Virus record (IMG/VR): IMGVR_UViG_3300025867_000005
DNA from: a virus
Taxonomy: Duplodnaviria; Caudoviricetes
Reading direction: 5' to 3' (one strand)
DNA length: 64,000 nucleotides
Made by a program: the position numbers and the translations under genes. Numbering within the stretch: the first letter of the stretch is position 1; each line of letters begins with the position of its first letter. Positions 42,896 through 50,458 of the stretch are shown here, in pieces. Below the pieces are notes generated by a model. It ran no database searches. It was not told the origin of the DNA and saw only the letters and a program-made list of their open reading frames with translations.

Positions 42896-43342
42896 ATGAA
42901 TGAATCGAATATGGGATGGATATGTCCGAAGTGTGGAAGAGTAAACGCTCCTTGGGTAAGCAGTTGCCCTTGTTATTGCGAAAAGACCGATCAACAAGGA
43001 AACCGATATCCTATTTATCCGAATACTACACCTTATCCCTTTCCAAGTTTCCCTTATCCTACTTATCCAATCGTAACTTGTGAAGGGAATACTACGGTGT
43101 CAGAAACCAAGGATACCGTAAGGTTCGAAACTTCTACAGAAGGTATCATCGCCGGAATTATTGAAAGTCCTATTCCGTTGGAAGTATTTCCGAACAAAAT
43201 GGGAATAAACGTTTGTTCCGTAGAAAAACTTTCTTGGGAACGGCAGAGCGACGGGCAGCTTAGAAGCTTGTCTATACGTTTTATCCCGGATACTGAAGAT
43301 CAAAAGGAATCTTTAAATGATCCGGAAAGAACAGTAAAATGA
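42896..43342 (+). CDS. zinc-finger hypothetical protein
   Basis: GWICPKCGRVNAPWVSSCPC. Confidence 0.55.
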   Translation: MNESNMGWICPKCGRVNAPWVSSCPCYCEKTDQQGNRYPIYPNTTPYPFPSFPYPTYPIVTCEGNTTVSETKDTVRFETSTEGIIAGIIESPIPLEVFPNKMGINVCSVEKLSWERQSDGQLRSLSIRFIPDTEDQKESLNDPERTVK

Positions 43343-43589
43343 ATTTATTTTGATATTTGTGAAATGTTTGCGCGAAGAATCTATAATGTGTTAGGAGACG
43401 GAATGAAAGAAACGACAAATAGGATAAACTTGATTACAGGGCGAAAACCCTATAGTCGTTTTTTGTCTAATGGAGGCAAACGAAACTAACCGTTAAGAGA
43501 AAGTTTTAGATTTTTAATGGAAGACACTTGACGGGAGTTAAAGAAACTGTTAAAGTGTCTTTTGTTTTCTACGAGAAGAAGTTGTTTTT

Positions 43590-43679
43590 GGAGAGTTGGC
43601 AGAATTGGTAAATGCGCGGGCCTGGAAAGCCTGCGGGAATCAAAAACCCACGAGGGTTCGAACCCCTCACTCTCCTCCA
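43590..43679 (+). tRNA. trnS: tRNA-Ser(GGA)
   Basis: cloverleaf, loop CT-GGA-AA, long V arm, encoded CCA. Confidence 0.9.
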
Positions 43680-43700
43680 GTTTTTGAAATTTGAGATTAA

Positions 43701-43794
43701 GGAGGGTTGGGGGAATTGGTTGAACCCGGATGTCTCGAAAACATCTGAATCGGCTAACACCCGGTTCTGTCAGTTCGAATCTGACACCCTCTTG
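43701..43794 (+). tRNA. trnS: tRNA-Ser(CGA), no encoded CCA
   Basis: GATGT-CTCGAAA-ACATC, long V arm, GTTCGAATC. Confidence 0.88.
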
Positions 43795-43797
43795 CTG

Positions 43798-43864
43798 GAT
43801 AAGTTGAAGTACCTTTACGTGGTTTCTGGTATAGGGTCGCTTGCGATTCTCGAAATCTTCAACA
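43798..43864 (+). repeat. 67-bp dispersed repeat, copy 1
   Basis: 62/67 identical to 47574-47640. Confidence 0.9.
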
Positions 43865-43884
43865 GTGTTCTTTAAAATTAGAAT

Positions 43885-43972
43885 CGGAGTTTAGCTCAGT
43901 TGGTAGAGCACCGCACTTTTAATGCGGGGGTAGCGTAAGCAATCACGGGTTCGAACCCCGTAACTCCGGCCA
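43885..43972 (+). tRNA. trnK: tRNA-Lys(TTT) with long variable arm
   Basis: CCGCA-CTTTTAA-TGCGG; 17-nt V region; CCA. Confidence 0.87.
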
Positions 43973-43988
43973 TTAAAGGGAAACAAAA

Positions 43989-44020
43989 GTTGCGTCCCCT
44001 GCGGGCGCATGAATTGAAAC
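43989..44020 (+). CRISPR. solitary type I-C-like CRISPR repeat unit 1
   Basis: GTTGCGTCCCCTGCGGGCGCATGAATTGAAAC (32 nt). Confidence 0.75.
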
Positions 44021-44130
44021 CGACGCAGACTAAGAATCTGTGGCTGCCGAAAGGCAGCGGTTAATTTTGACAATTGAATAAGTTCTTGAATTCACACAGG
44101 TTCCCTTAAATGGATTCTTGTGTGAAATTT

Positions 44131-44205
44131 GCGGGTGTATCTCAAAGGCTAGAGACTCAGTTTACCAAACTGATTATGAGAGTTCAATTCTCTTCTCCCG
44201 CTCCA
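44131..44205 (+). tRNA. trnG: tRNA-Gly(ACC)
   Basis: GCGGG acceptor, TCAGT-TTACCAA-ACTGA, U73-CCA. Confidence 0.85.
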
Positions 44206-44380
44206 GATGGGTCCAATCGCCCCATGATTGGTAGCCAGTTCACATGACTGGTTTGCAGCGATATCAGATGTATGGATTTCAGTAGGAGCCTCAGTGTGAC
44301 CGCAATGAAATCCAGGCATTGAAGTATTGGAATCTGTTTTAGAAAAAATCATGGCAGTAACCTCTGTGTAAAAGGTAAAT

Positions 44381-44479
44381 AGTAGAATAGGCCAAATTGG
44401 TAGGGCAGTTGACTGTTACTCAACCCAAGACAATCTTAACCGATTGTGTGTGCAGGTTCGAATCCTGCTTCTACTGCCA
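44381..44479 (+). tRNA. trnN: tRNA-Asn(GTT) with 27-nt variable arm
   Basis: GTTGA-CTGTTAC-TCAAC; G73-CCA. Confidence 0.8.
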
Positions 44480-44488
44480 TTTTAAGAA

Positions 44489-44565
44489 CGGCGCGTGGGT
44501 CAACTTGGTAGACCGCTTGATTCGGGTTCAAGAATTTGCTGGTTCAAATCCAGTCGCGCCGACCA
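44489..44565 (+). tRNA. trnP: tRNA-Pro(CGG)
   Basis: CTTGA-TTCGGGT-TCAAG; C1-G72; ACCA. Confidence 0.9.
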
Positions 44566-44612
44566 TGTTTGAACGGGTTTGAAGAAAATGAAAAAAATCT
44601 TCAGTATCCCTA

Positions 44613-44862
44613 TTGACAACATGCCGTGGATTTAGTAAGATGTGCGGCGTTGAAAGGACAAGTAGGGAAACCAAAAATCCTGACAACAAATGTTCTTTGA
44701 GAGATGAAATGATGGTTCTGAATAGGTCAGAAGGAAGCGATGCTATGACGGTGGCAACCCAATGGCTAAAACGCGGCCAGATACGGTTCGATTCCGTGAT
44801 TCAGAAAAATCAGAAAAATTTTTCGAAGACCACTTGACAGACGGCGGCGGTTTTGCTAAAGT
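44613..44862 (+). promoter_or_regulatory. tandem sigma70 promoters with GC-rich discriminators and a boxA-like site
   Basis: TTGACA-17-TAAGAT-GTGCGGCG (44613); TGTTCTTTGAGA (44691); TTGACA-17-TAAAGT-CTGCGG (44834). Confidence 0.7.
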
Positions 44863-45351
44863 CTGCGGTGTTGAAGAGAAAAAGGCAAAAAGCGGTTTGA
44901 CGCCGCGCCCTGCGGAAAAGTTCAGAAATGAACTGGGGTAAAAATTGACAACTGAATACGATTTGAAAAAGAGTCTCTGAAGACCGGCCTGAATGAAAAG
45001 CTCAGGAAATGGGAACAAATCCCGCCCGGAAAAAAGAGACTTATCGCCATGCCGCCTTAAAACGGTATGGACTGGTTGATGAATCCAAGATTCCGTTCCC
45101 TTAAAGGAATGTTGAGTCAAGTGAAGTCAATCAAGAATTTCTGAAAACAGGCGGTGTCTGCCTGACCCTATTTAATAGTAGGGTGAAAGGACTCGGGCGT
45201 TAGTTCTGTGTTCAATCCGTAGCGCTTCCTTGAGAAGTGTATAACGTGTTGAAAGGTGTTAATCTTAGAAATCAGATTCACAGGGTCTGATGGAGATGTC
45301 GGTTGCCAGACTTGTGTGGCAATTAAAAAGCACCGCTGAACGCCAAATCTT

Positions 45352-45440
45352 GAGGGTATGGAGTAATTGGTTAACTCGCCAGGTTTTCATCCTGGAAACG
45401 CACTGCGCTTGTGCGGGTTCGAATCCCGCTACCCTTGCCA
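45352..45440 (+). tRNA. trnE: tRNA-Glu(TTC) with long variable arm
   Basis: CCAGG-TTTTCAT-CCTGG; 17-nt V region; GCCA. Confidence 0.85.
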
Positions 45441-45615
45441 TCTTTCGATGCGAATATCGGACAGACAATTTTGAAAATCTTAAGAAGGTAGATTCATGGT
45501 TCGACGGAATTGTGAATCCTGACCTAACAGGGATAGATTCTACGTGGTGTATGGTGCACACTGGCCCCCTCAAACGGGCCGGGGGACAACGTTCAAGTCG
45601 TTGACGGAAGAACAA

Positions 45616-45646
45616 GTTTGTGTCTGCAAAGACGCATAAGTGAAAT
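45616..45646 (+). CRISPR. divergent solitary repeat-like unit 5
   Basis: GTTTGTGTCTGCAAAGACGCATAAGTGAAAT (31 nt). Confidence 0.45.
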
Positions 45647-45677
45647 CCCCTACAACTTTACCCCTGAACAGGGGAAT

Positions 45678-45753
45678 GCATCGGTAGTTCAATTGGTAGA
45701 ACGATGGACTTCCACTCCGTAGGTTGCCGGTTCAAGCCCGGTCCGATGCTCCA
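45678..45753 (+). tRNA. trnG: tRNA-Gly(TCC)
   Basis: ATGGA-CTTCCAC-TCCGT; TCCA. Confidence 0.9.
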
Positions 45754-45754
45754 T

Positions 45755-45783
45755 GTTGCACAAGTTTGTGTATGAATTGAAAT
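45755..45783 (+). CRISPR. solitary type I-C-like repeat unit 2
   Basis: GTTGCACAAGTTTGTGTATGAATTGAAAT (29 nt), 1 nt after the tRNA CCA. Confidence 0.6.
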
Positions 45784-45827
45784 AAATAGCGGTATATCAG
45801 TTAGTAGATAGTTTCCATGATTTTTAT

Positions 45828-45903
45828 AGGAGTGTCGTATAGATGGTTTTTACGGATGTCTGATAAACATCTTAAGAGGGTTCGACTCCCTCCACTCCTA
45901 CCA
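45828..45903 (+). tRNA. trnI: tRNA-Ile(GAT)
   Basis: GATGT-CTGATAA-ACATC; ACCA. Confidence 0.88.
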
Positions 45904-46014
45904 TTTGTCGGAATTAGAACTGTCGTGAAATTCACATTGATCAGTGAAAAGTAATTCTGGAGCCGCATAGACAGTTATATACCCCCTCGGTCAAAGGGTA
46001 CGACAATTAATTTT

Positions 46015-46090
46015 GGGGCTGTCGTCTAAGAGGAAGGACATAGGGCTGAAAATCCTACGGTGATGGTTTCGAGTACCTCTGGCCCCACCA
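46015..46090 (+). tRNA. trnF: tRNA-Phe(GAA)
   Basis: TAGGG-CTGAAAA-TCCTA; ACCA. Confidence 0.83.
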
Positions 46091-46188
46091 ATTTAAAGCT
46101 GAATAGCAACGTATCCAAGCCGTTGTGCCCGTCCCTTCTTTTGGAAGGTAATGATATGCGGTTGAAATCCGAAGCTTGGCCGATTTAC

Positions 46189-46308
46189 GGGGATGTGGCG
46201 CAATGGCAAACACGGGTTGTATCCTAACAGCTTAGGTCGTGCGGAACAGCCTGTTGTCTAAATCCAAATTACGACAACTTGTATGTTCGAATCCTGCCTT
46301 CCCCATCA
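46189..46308 (+). ncRNA. tRNA-like RNA (Arg-CCT-like) with two extra helices in the variable region
   Basis: GGGGATG/CTTCCCC acceptor, GTTCGAATC T-loop, irregular anticodon loop, ends ATCA. Confidence 0.5.
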
Positions 46309-46315
46309 TTTTTTA

Positions 46316-46479
46316 CGGGACGAAGTAAAACGGAAAGGTCTCGGATCAATTGATCCCGAACACATGTCAGACTGGTAAGCGCAACCGAATTGACTTCGGG
46401 TTTATTTTCCGATAAAAGACTATAACACCAAGGAATGGTGCCTTGGAAATATTTGGTTCGACTCCAAAAGTCCCGACCA
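46316..46479 (+). ncRNA. tRNA-like RNA with a large insertion in place of the D arm (copy A)
   Basis: CGGGAC/GTCCCG-ACCA, T arm TTTGG-TTCGACT-CCAAA. Confidence 0.6.
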
Positions 46480-46591
46480 ACATCTGTTTCTAATTAATTC
46501 AGAGAAAACATTGAACAGCCGTGGGCTCTGTTTAATCTCAATCGGTGAGTTTACCTAATGCGGTAAAAGTCCGTGGCCTCCTCCGTTTTAT

Positions 46592-46680
46592 TGATAGGTG
46601 CGGAGAATGGTATTCCAGTTGGCTGTTAACCAACCGTCCCGCAAGGGCAATCGCTGGTTCGAATCCAGTCCTATCAGCCA
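46592..46680 (+). tRNA. trnN: tRNA-Asn(GTT) no. 2 with long variable arm
   Basis: GTTGG-CTGTTAA-CCAAC; V arm CCC-GCAA-GGG; GCCA. Confidence 0.85.
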
Positions 46681-46688
46681 TTTTTTAT

Positions 46689-46821
46689 GCAGTAGGAGTA
46701 AAACGTAAAGTCGGTTCTGGAAACCTCTGGGTTCGTTCGATGTCGTGCCCAGTCAAGGAACTGATATAACACCTCCAAACGAAGGAGGAGATATCTGGTT
46801 AGACTCCAGTCTACTGTACCA
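46689..46821 (+). ncRNA. tRNA-like RNA with a large insertion in place of the D arm (copy B)
   Basis: GCAGTAG/CTACTGT-ACCA, T arm CTGG-TTAGACT-CCAG. Confidence 0.6.
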
Positions 46822-46847
46822 TTGCTGCGACTTGTAGCATAAGAATT

Positions 46848-47196
46848 TCTGGCGTAGCTTAAGCCTTACCCAAACAAAACAGTCCCTATGTCAGGGATAT
46901 GATGTTTGTAAAACAAGGGATAGACCTTGGGTTTAAATTGAAAGGGTGTGGCCACATCTTTTTAAGGAAAACCCAAATAAGGGAACGTGTTTGAAATCCC
47001 CTTGGGGAAAAAACAACTGCGATGATGCAGTAAGATGATAAGGAAGAAGAGATAGACGGTTTGCATTTGACATACTGGTGTAATCTGGTTAGCACGGCCC
47101 TGATAGAGGGGGAGGTCCGGGTTCAAATCCCTAGTGTCGCTAGATGCGGGCTGGAACAAGATTGAAATCCTCTGAAGGTACTTATCCGCCAGACCA
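46848..47196 (+). ncRNA. candidate ~350-nt CCA-ended RNA with an embedded degenerate tRNA domain (47069-47142)
   Basis: TCTGGCG/CGCCAGA closing stem plus CCA; internal D arm and GGTTCAAATCC. Confidence 0.4.
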
Positions 47197-47198
47197 AT

Positions 47199-47493
47199 TT
47201 TACCTGCTTCTCAGAAGTTATAGGGTTCTGTTTTGAAACATAAGAATATCAATTTGTTTAGCGGATATCCCTTATGAAAAGGAAGTCTTATGATTCTGAG
47301 GATATTCATTCCCATTTCGTTTATGGAGAGTGCTGGTGAAAGACGCATAGGAAAGGACAATTGGAAGGGATTCACGACTTGCGATATGCCTATGCGCCTT
47401 AAAGTGAATATGCGTTGTCATTCAGTCGGATGTCAATGTGAACTATTTACGGCTCATATCCTTTGGCGGATGCCTTAATCCGTGGAAGGTAAA
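47199..47493 (+). ncRNA. candidate ~295-nt structured RNA
   Basis: TTTACCT/AGGTAAA, CTCAGAA/TTCTGAG, CATAAGA/TCTTATG, ATATTCATT/AGTGAATAT, CGCATAGG/CCTATGCG. Confidence 0.5.
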
Positions 47494-47494
47494 T

Positions 47495-47568
47495 GGGGAT
47501 GTATCTCAATTGGACAGAGTGTGTGGCTTCTAACCACAAGGTTGCGGGTTCGACTCCCGCTTTCCCCA
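47495..47568 (+). tRNA. trnR: tRNA-Arg(TCT), no encoded CCA
   Basis: TGTGG-CTTCTAA-CCACA; GGTTCGACTCC. Confidence 0.87.
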
Positions 47569-47573
47569 CGGGT

Positions 47574-47640
47574 GATAAGTTGAAGTACCTTTACGTGGTT
47601 TCACCTATAGAGTCACTTGCGATTCTCGAAATCTTCAACA
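47574..47640 (+). repeat. 67-bp dispersed repeat, copy 2
   Basis: 62/67 identical to 43798-43864. Confidence 0.9.
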
Positions 47641-48286
47641 AAATGATATCTTGGATAATTTTTAAGAATTTCATAGCTTTCCCTTCTTTAAAGTGTTGGA
47701 AAGTTGAAACATCAATAATACAAAGTTCTATATTTCGTTCGTGACAAGCTTGGCATTTCCTGTTGTCATTGTTTTGAATTTTGGAAAGCTTATCTTCACC
47801 GTAGATAGGTTCGTAATGAAAGATACCATTTAGTTCGAAAGCAAGTTTCAAAGAAGGAATGTAGATATCTAGTTCTGAATTGATAGCGTCCTTCCTATTG
47901 AAGTGGAATTCAAGATTTGGGTAAAGGATCGGCAACTTCGTTTCCAACCACCTTTCAAGCTTAGATATTTTTGTTCCTTTTGTTTTATGCATGTTATTAT
48001 AGGTTGCTGAACAAGATTGACTGCAAAAATGGTGTTTGGATTTCTTGATGCGCGAAATTTGTATCTTAAATTTTTTACTACATTGTTCGCAGTTGATAAA
48101 AATTGGAGGATGAACAGATTGACCGAAACAGATAAGAGAACAATATTCAGAAGTTTCACCTTTTTTTGTATTTTGAATCCTGTGTTTTTCTTTGTAGAAA
48201 GTTTTACCGCAATGTTTACATTGTAACGGTAGTAGTTGACGTGATTTAGCTGCTTGGAATTCTTCTTCGGTAAAAAGTGGTATCAT
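47591..48286 (-). CDS. Zn-finger plus Vsr/DUF559-like putative homing endonuclease
   Basis: CxxC..YCS..C repeats; ELDIYIP..LAFELNGIFHY; AGGAGG RBS. Confidence 0.8.
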   Translation of the reverse strand: MIPLFTEEEFQAAKSRQLLPLQCKHCGKTFYKEKHRIQNTKKGETSEYCSLICFGQSVHPPIFINCEQCSKKFKIQISRIKKSKHHFCSQSCSATYNNMHKTKGTKISKLERWLETKLPILYPNLEFHFNRKDAINSELDIYIPSLKLAFELNGIFHYEPIYGEDKLSKIQNNDNRKCQACHERNIELCIIDVSTFQHFKEGKAMKFLKIIQDIILLKISRIASDSIGETT

Positions 48287-48329
48287 AATCTATTCCTCCT
48301 ACATATGGAATGAATATCGAAGAACAATT

Positions 48330-48352
48330 TTCGACTCTCGCCTTCCCCACCA
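48330..48352 (+). pseudogene. displaced duplicate 3' end of tRNA-Arg with CCA
   Basis: TTCGACTCTCGCCTTCCCCACCA; 19/21 match to 47549-47569. Confidence 0.8.
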
Positions 48353-48632
48353 ATAACCGAGAAGGGTCAGCAAACTTCAAAATAATGAAGGCTGGAAAAA
48401 ATAGACGGCATAGGACATGGTTCGATTCCCTTAGCCTTGGTAGGATGTCCGGATTGCTGGAACTTATGTGAAATCACCTTCTCGATGCTTTCAAACATCC
48501 CCTTTGAGTCAGAAAAATCAGCGGGATGTTTTCAAATAAGCCTTGTGACTTCTACAAATTTATCTGACAAGTTTCTGTTTGTCACAGGGAAGATCGGAAA
48601 CTTCCGACACGGGGATGAAAAGCCCCGAATAT

Positions 48633-48709
48633 GCTTGTGTAGCGCAACTGGATAACGCATCTGGCTCTTACCCAGAGGATTGCGGGATCGTTCCCCGCCA
48701 CAAGTACCA
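48633..48709 (+). tRNA. trnK: tRNA-Lys(CTT)
   Basis: TCTGG-CTCTTAC-CCAGA; ACCA. Confidence 0.87.
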
Positions 48710-48721
48710 TTTTTTTTAAGA

Positions 48722-48811
48722 GGGGGTTGTTCTTTACGGAGGTCTGTAAAACCTTTGCCGTTATTATGTAAAGCGGTTCGGCAGATAGTTCGACTCTATC
48801 AGCCCCCACCA
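48722..48811 (+). tRNA. trnY: D-armless tRNA-Tyr(GTA)
   Basis: GGGGGTT/AGCCCCC-ACCA; GAGGT-CTGTAAA-ACCTT; only ~10 nt in place of the D arm; 28-nt V arm. Confidence 0.75.
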
Positions 48812-48925
48812 ATTTTGCCGAGTTCCTACCTGAAACCTGCCGCTTCAACAACCGGTTACAGAAAACCTTGATTTTCGCACGTCAAGGATTTTGTGAAGGG
48901 AAAGCGTTAGGGAAAACGGTGAATC

Positions 48926-49002
48926 GCCCCTGTAACTCAATTGGCTAGAGGCTCTGACTCGTAATCAGAAAGTTGTCAGATCATACCTGACCGGGGGCTC
49001 CA
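48926..49002 (+). tRNA. trnT: tRNA-Thr(CGT)
   Basis: TCTGA-CTCGTAA-TCAGA; TCCA. Confidence 0.85.
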
Positions 49003-49099
49003 TTTTTAGGATTAACATTGCGAGAGGTTTAAATCACGCCGGACACATGTTCCGGAGTTGTCGGTATCCAATCCGTTTTCCCGCAAACACTTTAGAATG

Positions 49100-49174
49100 G
49101 GGGGTATAGCTCAATGGCTAGAGCTCCACGCTTACATCGTGGCTATAGGAGTTCGATTCTCTTTACCCCCACCA
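49100..49174 (+). tRNA. trnV: tRNA-Val(TAC)
   Basis: CCACG-CTTACAT-CGTGG; ACCA. Confidence 0.9.
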
Positions 49175-49492
49175 TGTTTAAGAATGCTTTAGAATGGGAG
49201 AAAGGTCGGGTAGAAAAGTCCCAAGTCTCACAGCCAATTTCGGTTAGATTCCTATTTGAATGTGCTTTTGAAAAAGTGATTCAGGATATGGATCTTTCCG
49301 ACCAGTTTGACAGACAAGAGATGTTGAAAAACACGCCTATGGAATAGACCTACTACGAGAACGGCTATTATGTAGGAAGGAAGAAACCCCGTGAAGCAAC
49401 ATGGGGATAGTGCCTGGTGGCTTAACCACCATCCCCGTAAAGGGTATAACGTAGATAAGCGGCACCACTTGTTTTTGTCTGTCAGATTTTAT

Positions 49493-49615
49493 GGGGTCCC
49501 TGTTTTCCAAACACTGGTACTGATTAAACACTAATTATCAGGAAACGGCTTGCGGATGGTAACGCAGGTGTTCTACGGAACTAGAGAATGGTGAAAATCC
49601 GTTCGGTCCCCACCA
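49493..49615 (+). ncRNA. CCA-ended tRNA-like RNA (123 nt) without a recognisable anticodon arm
   Basis: GGGGTCC/GGTCCCC-ACCA; T-like arm GAATGG-TGAAAAT-CCGTTC. Confidence 0.5.
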
Positions 49616-49636
49616 CTTTTAAGGTTTATTTTTCAT

Positions 49637-49711
49637 GCCTGCGTCGTCTACTGGCTAGGACATTAGATTCTCAATCTAATAAAGACGGATCGATACCGTT
49701 CGCAGGTGCCA
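49637..49711 (+). tRNA. trnE: tRNA-Glu(CTC)
   Basis: TTAGA-TTCTCAA-TCTAA; GCCA. Confidence 0.88.
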
Positions 49712-49742
49712 GAGGGGGAAGATTTTGGTTTTGAAGACGAAT

Positions 49743-49832
49743 GAGAGTTTGGGTGAAATGAATTAGCCAACGGTCTGCAAAACCGTAAAACACAGAAATG
49801 TGATGAGGGTTTAAGTCCCTCAACTCTCTCCA
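49743..49832 (+). tRNA. trnC: tRNA-Cys(GCA) with long variable arm
   Basis: ACGGT-CTGCAAA-ACCGT; 18-nt V region; U73-CCA. Confidence 0.83.
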
Positions 49833-49842
49833 TTTTTTAGAT

Positions 49843-49917
49843 AGGGATATGATGTAACTAGTAGCATGAAAATCTCCAAAATTTTCTGTCCAGACGCGAA
49901 TTCTGGTATCCCTGCCA
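49843..49917 (+). tRNA. trnW: tRNA-Trp(CCA)
   Basis: AAAAT-CTCCAAA-ATTTT; GCCA. Confidence 0.85.
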
Positions 49918-50209
49918 CACAAAGGAAACTACGACGCGCTACAAACTGAAGCCGAGAAGCCTAAGATGCGCTAAGTACGATCAAGGGGTGAGACGATTCT
50001 TGATTTGCGCAAGAGATAGAAAAGTCAACGTACCCTAGTTTCCCTGATTTACTAAAAAAAGATTAGCGGAAAACTATCAAGAACCACTTGACACAGAAGC
50101 AGAGGTTTGATACAGTGTTTGTGTTTGAGAAATTCTAGGTGCTGTAAGCAAGTCCTTATTAGGACTGTGAAGCCCGAATAGACCTTTGAAAACTGAATGT
50201 GATTTAAAT

Positions 50210-50289
50210 GGTGGAATGGCCGGAAACTCTTTTTCGGGGCTCCGATTTAATGGGGCTTAATGTTGGGGAAGATCCAATATCCACTACCA
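50210..50289 (+). ncRNA. degenerate CCA-ended tRNA-like RNA
   Basis: GGTGGA/TCCACT-ACCA cloverleaf with non-canonical loops. Confidence 0.45.
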
Positions 50290-50325
50290 ATTTATGTCGA
50301 TTTATGTTAATTTATGTCGATTTAT

Positions 50326-50405
50326 TGCGGTAGGGATTAAGGTAAGGTTTACCTAATGAGGCTCATAACCTTGTAACCAGAGATCGTTCCTCTGCGCCGC
50401 ATCCA
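50326..50405 (+). tRNA. trnM: tRNA-Met(CAT), initiator-like
   Basis: TGCGG/CCGCA acceptor; GAGG-CTCATAA-CCTT; TCCA. Confidence 0.75.
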
Positions 50406-50412
50406 ATTTTAA

Positions 50413-50445
50413 GTTGTGCTATTCGAATAGCACATGAATTGAAAC
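50413..50445 (+). CRISPR. solitary type I-C-like repeat unit 3
   Basis: GTTGTGCTATTCGAATAGCACATGAATTGAAAC (33 nt). Confidence 0.65.
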
Positions 50446-50458
50446 ATCACGGGACAAT

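Noticed and set aside
43390-43472. Hammerhead ribozyme or riboswitch upstream of the tRNA island
   Set aside because: A stem (AAACGAC/GTCGTTT) is present, but no CUGANGA core or aptamer consensus.
46848-47196. tmRNA or RNase P RNA
   Set aside because: No G3:U70 alanine acceptor, no canonical T arm at the 3' end, and no GAGGAAAGTCC/P4 signature.
45538-50289. Suppressor or Sec tRNAs (TCA near 45570, TTA near 50250) and stop-codon recoding
   Set aside because: Loops are 6 or 8 nt with poor stems, and recognisable proteins end normally at TAA, TAG and TGA under code 11.
50290-50325. 10-bp tandem repeat ATTTATGT(CG/TA) x3.5 as a functional element
   Set aside because: The repeat is real but most simply explained by slippage; no supporting context.
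43569-50400. Short ORFs listed across the tRNA island
   Set aside because: Apart from the 47591-48286 nuclease, they overlap tRNA or ncRNA structures and lack RBS and protein motifs.
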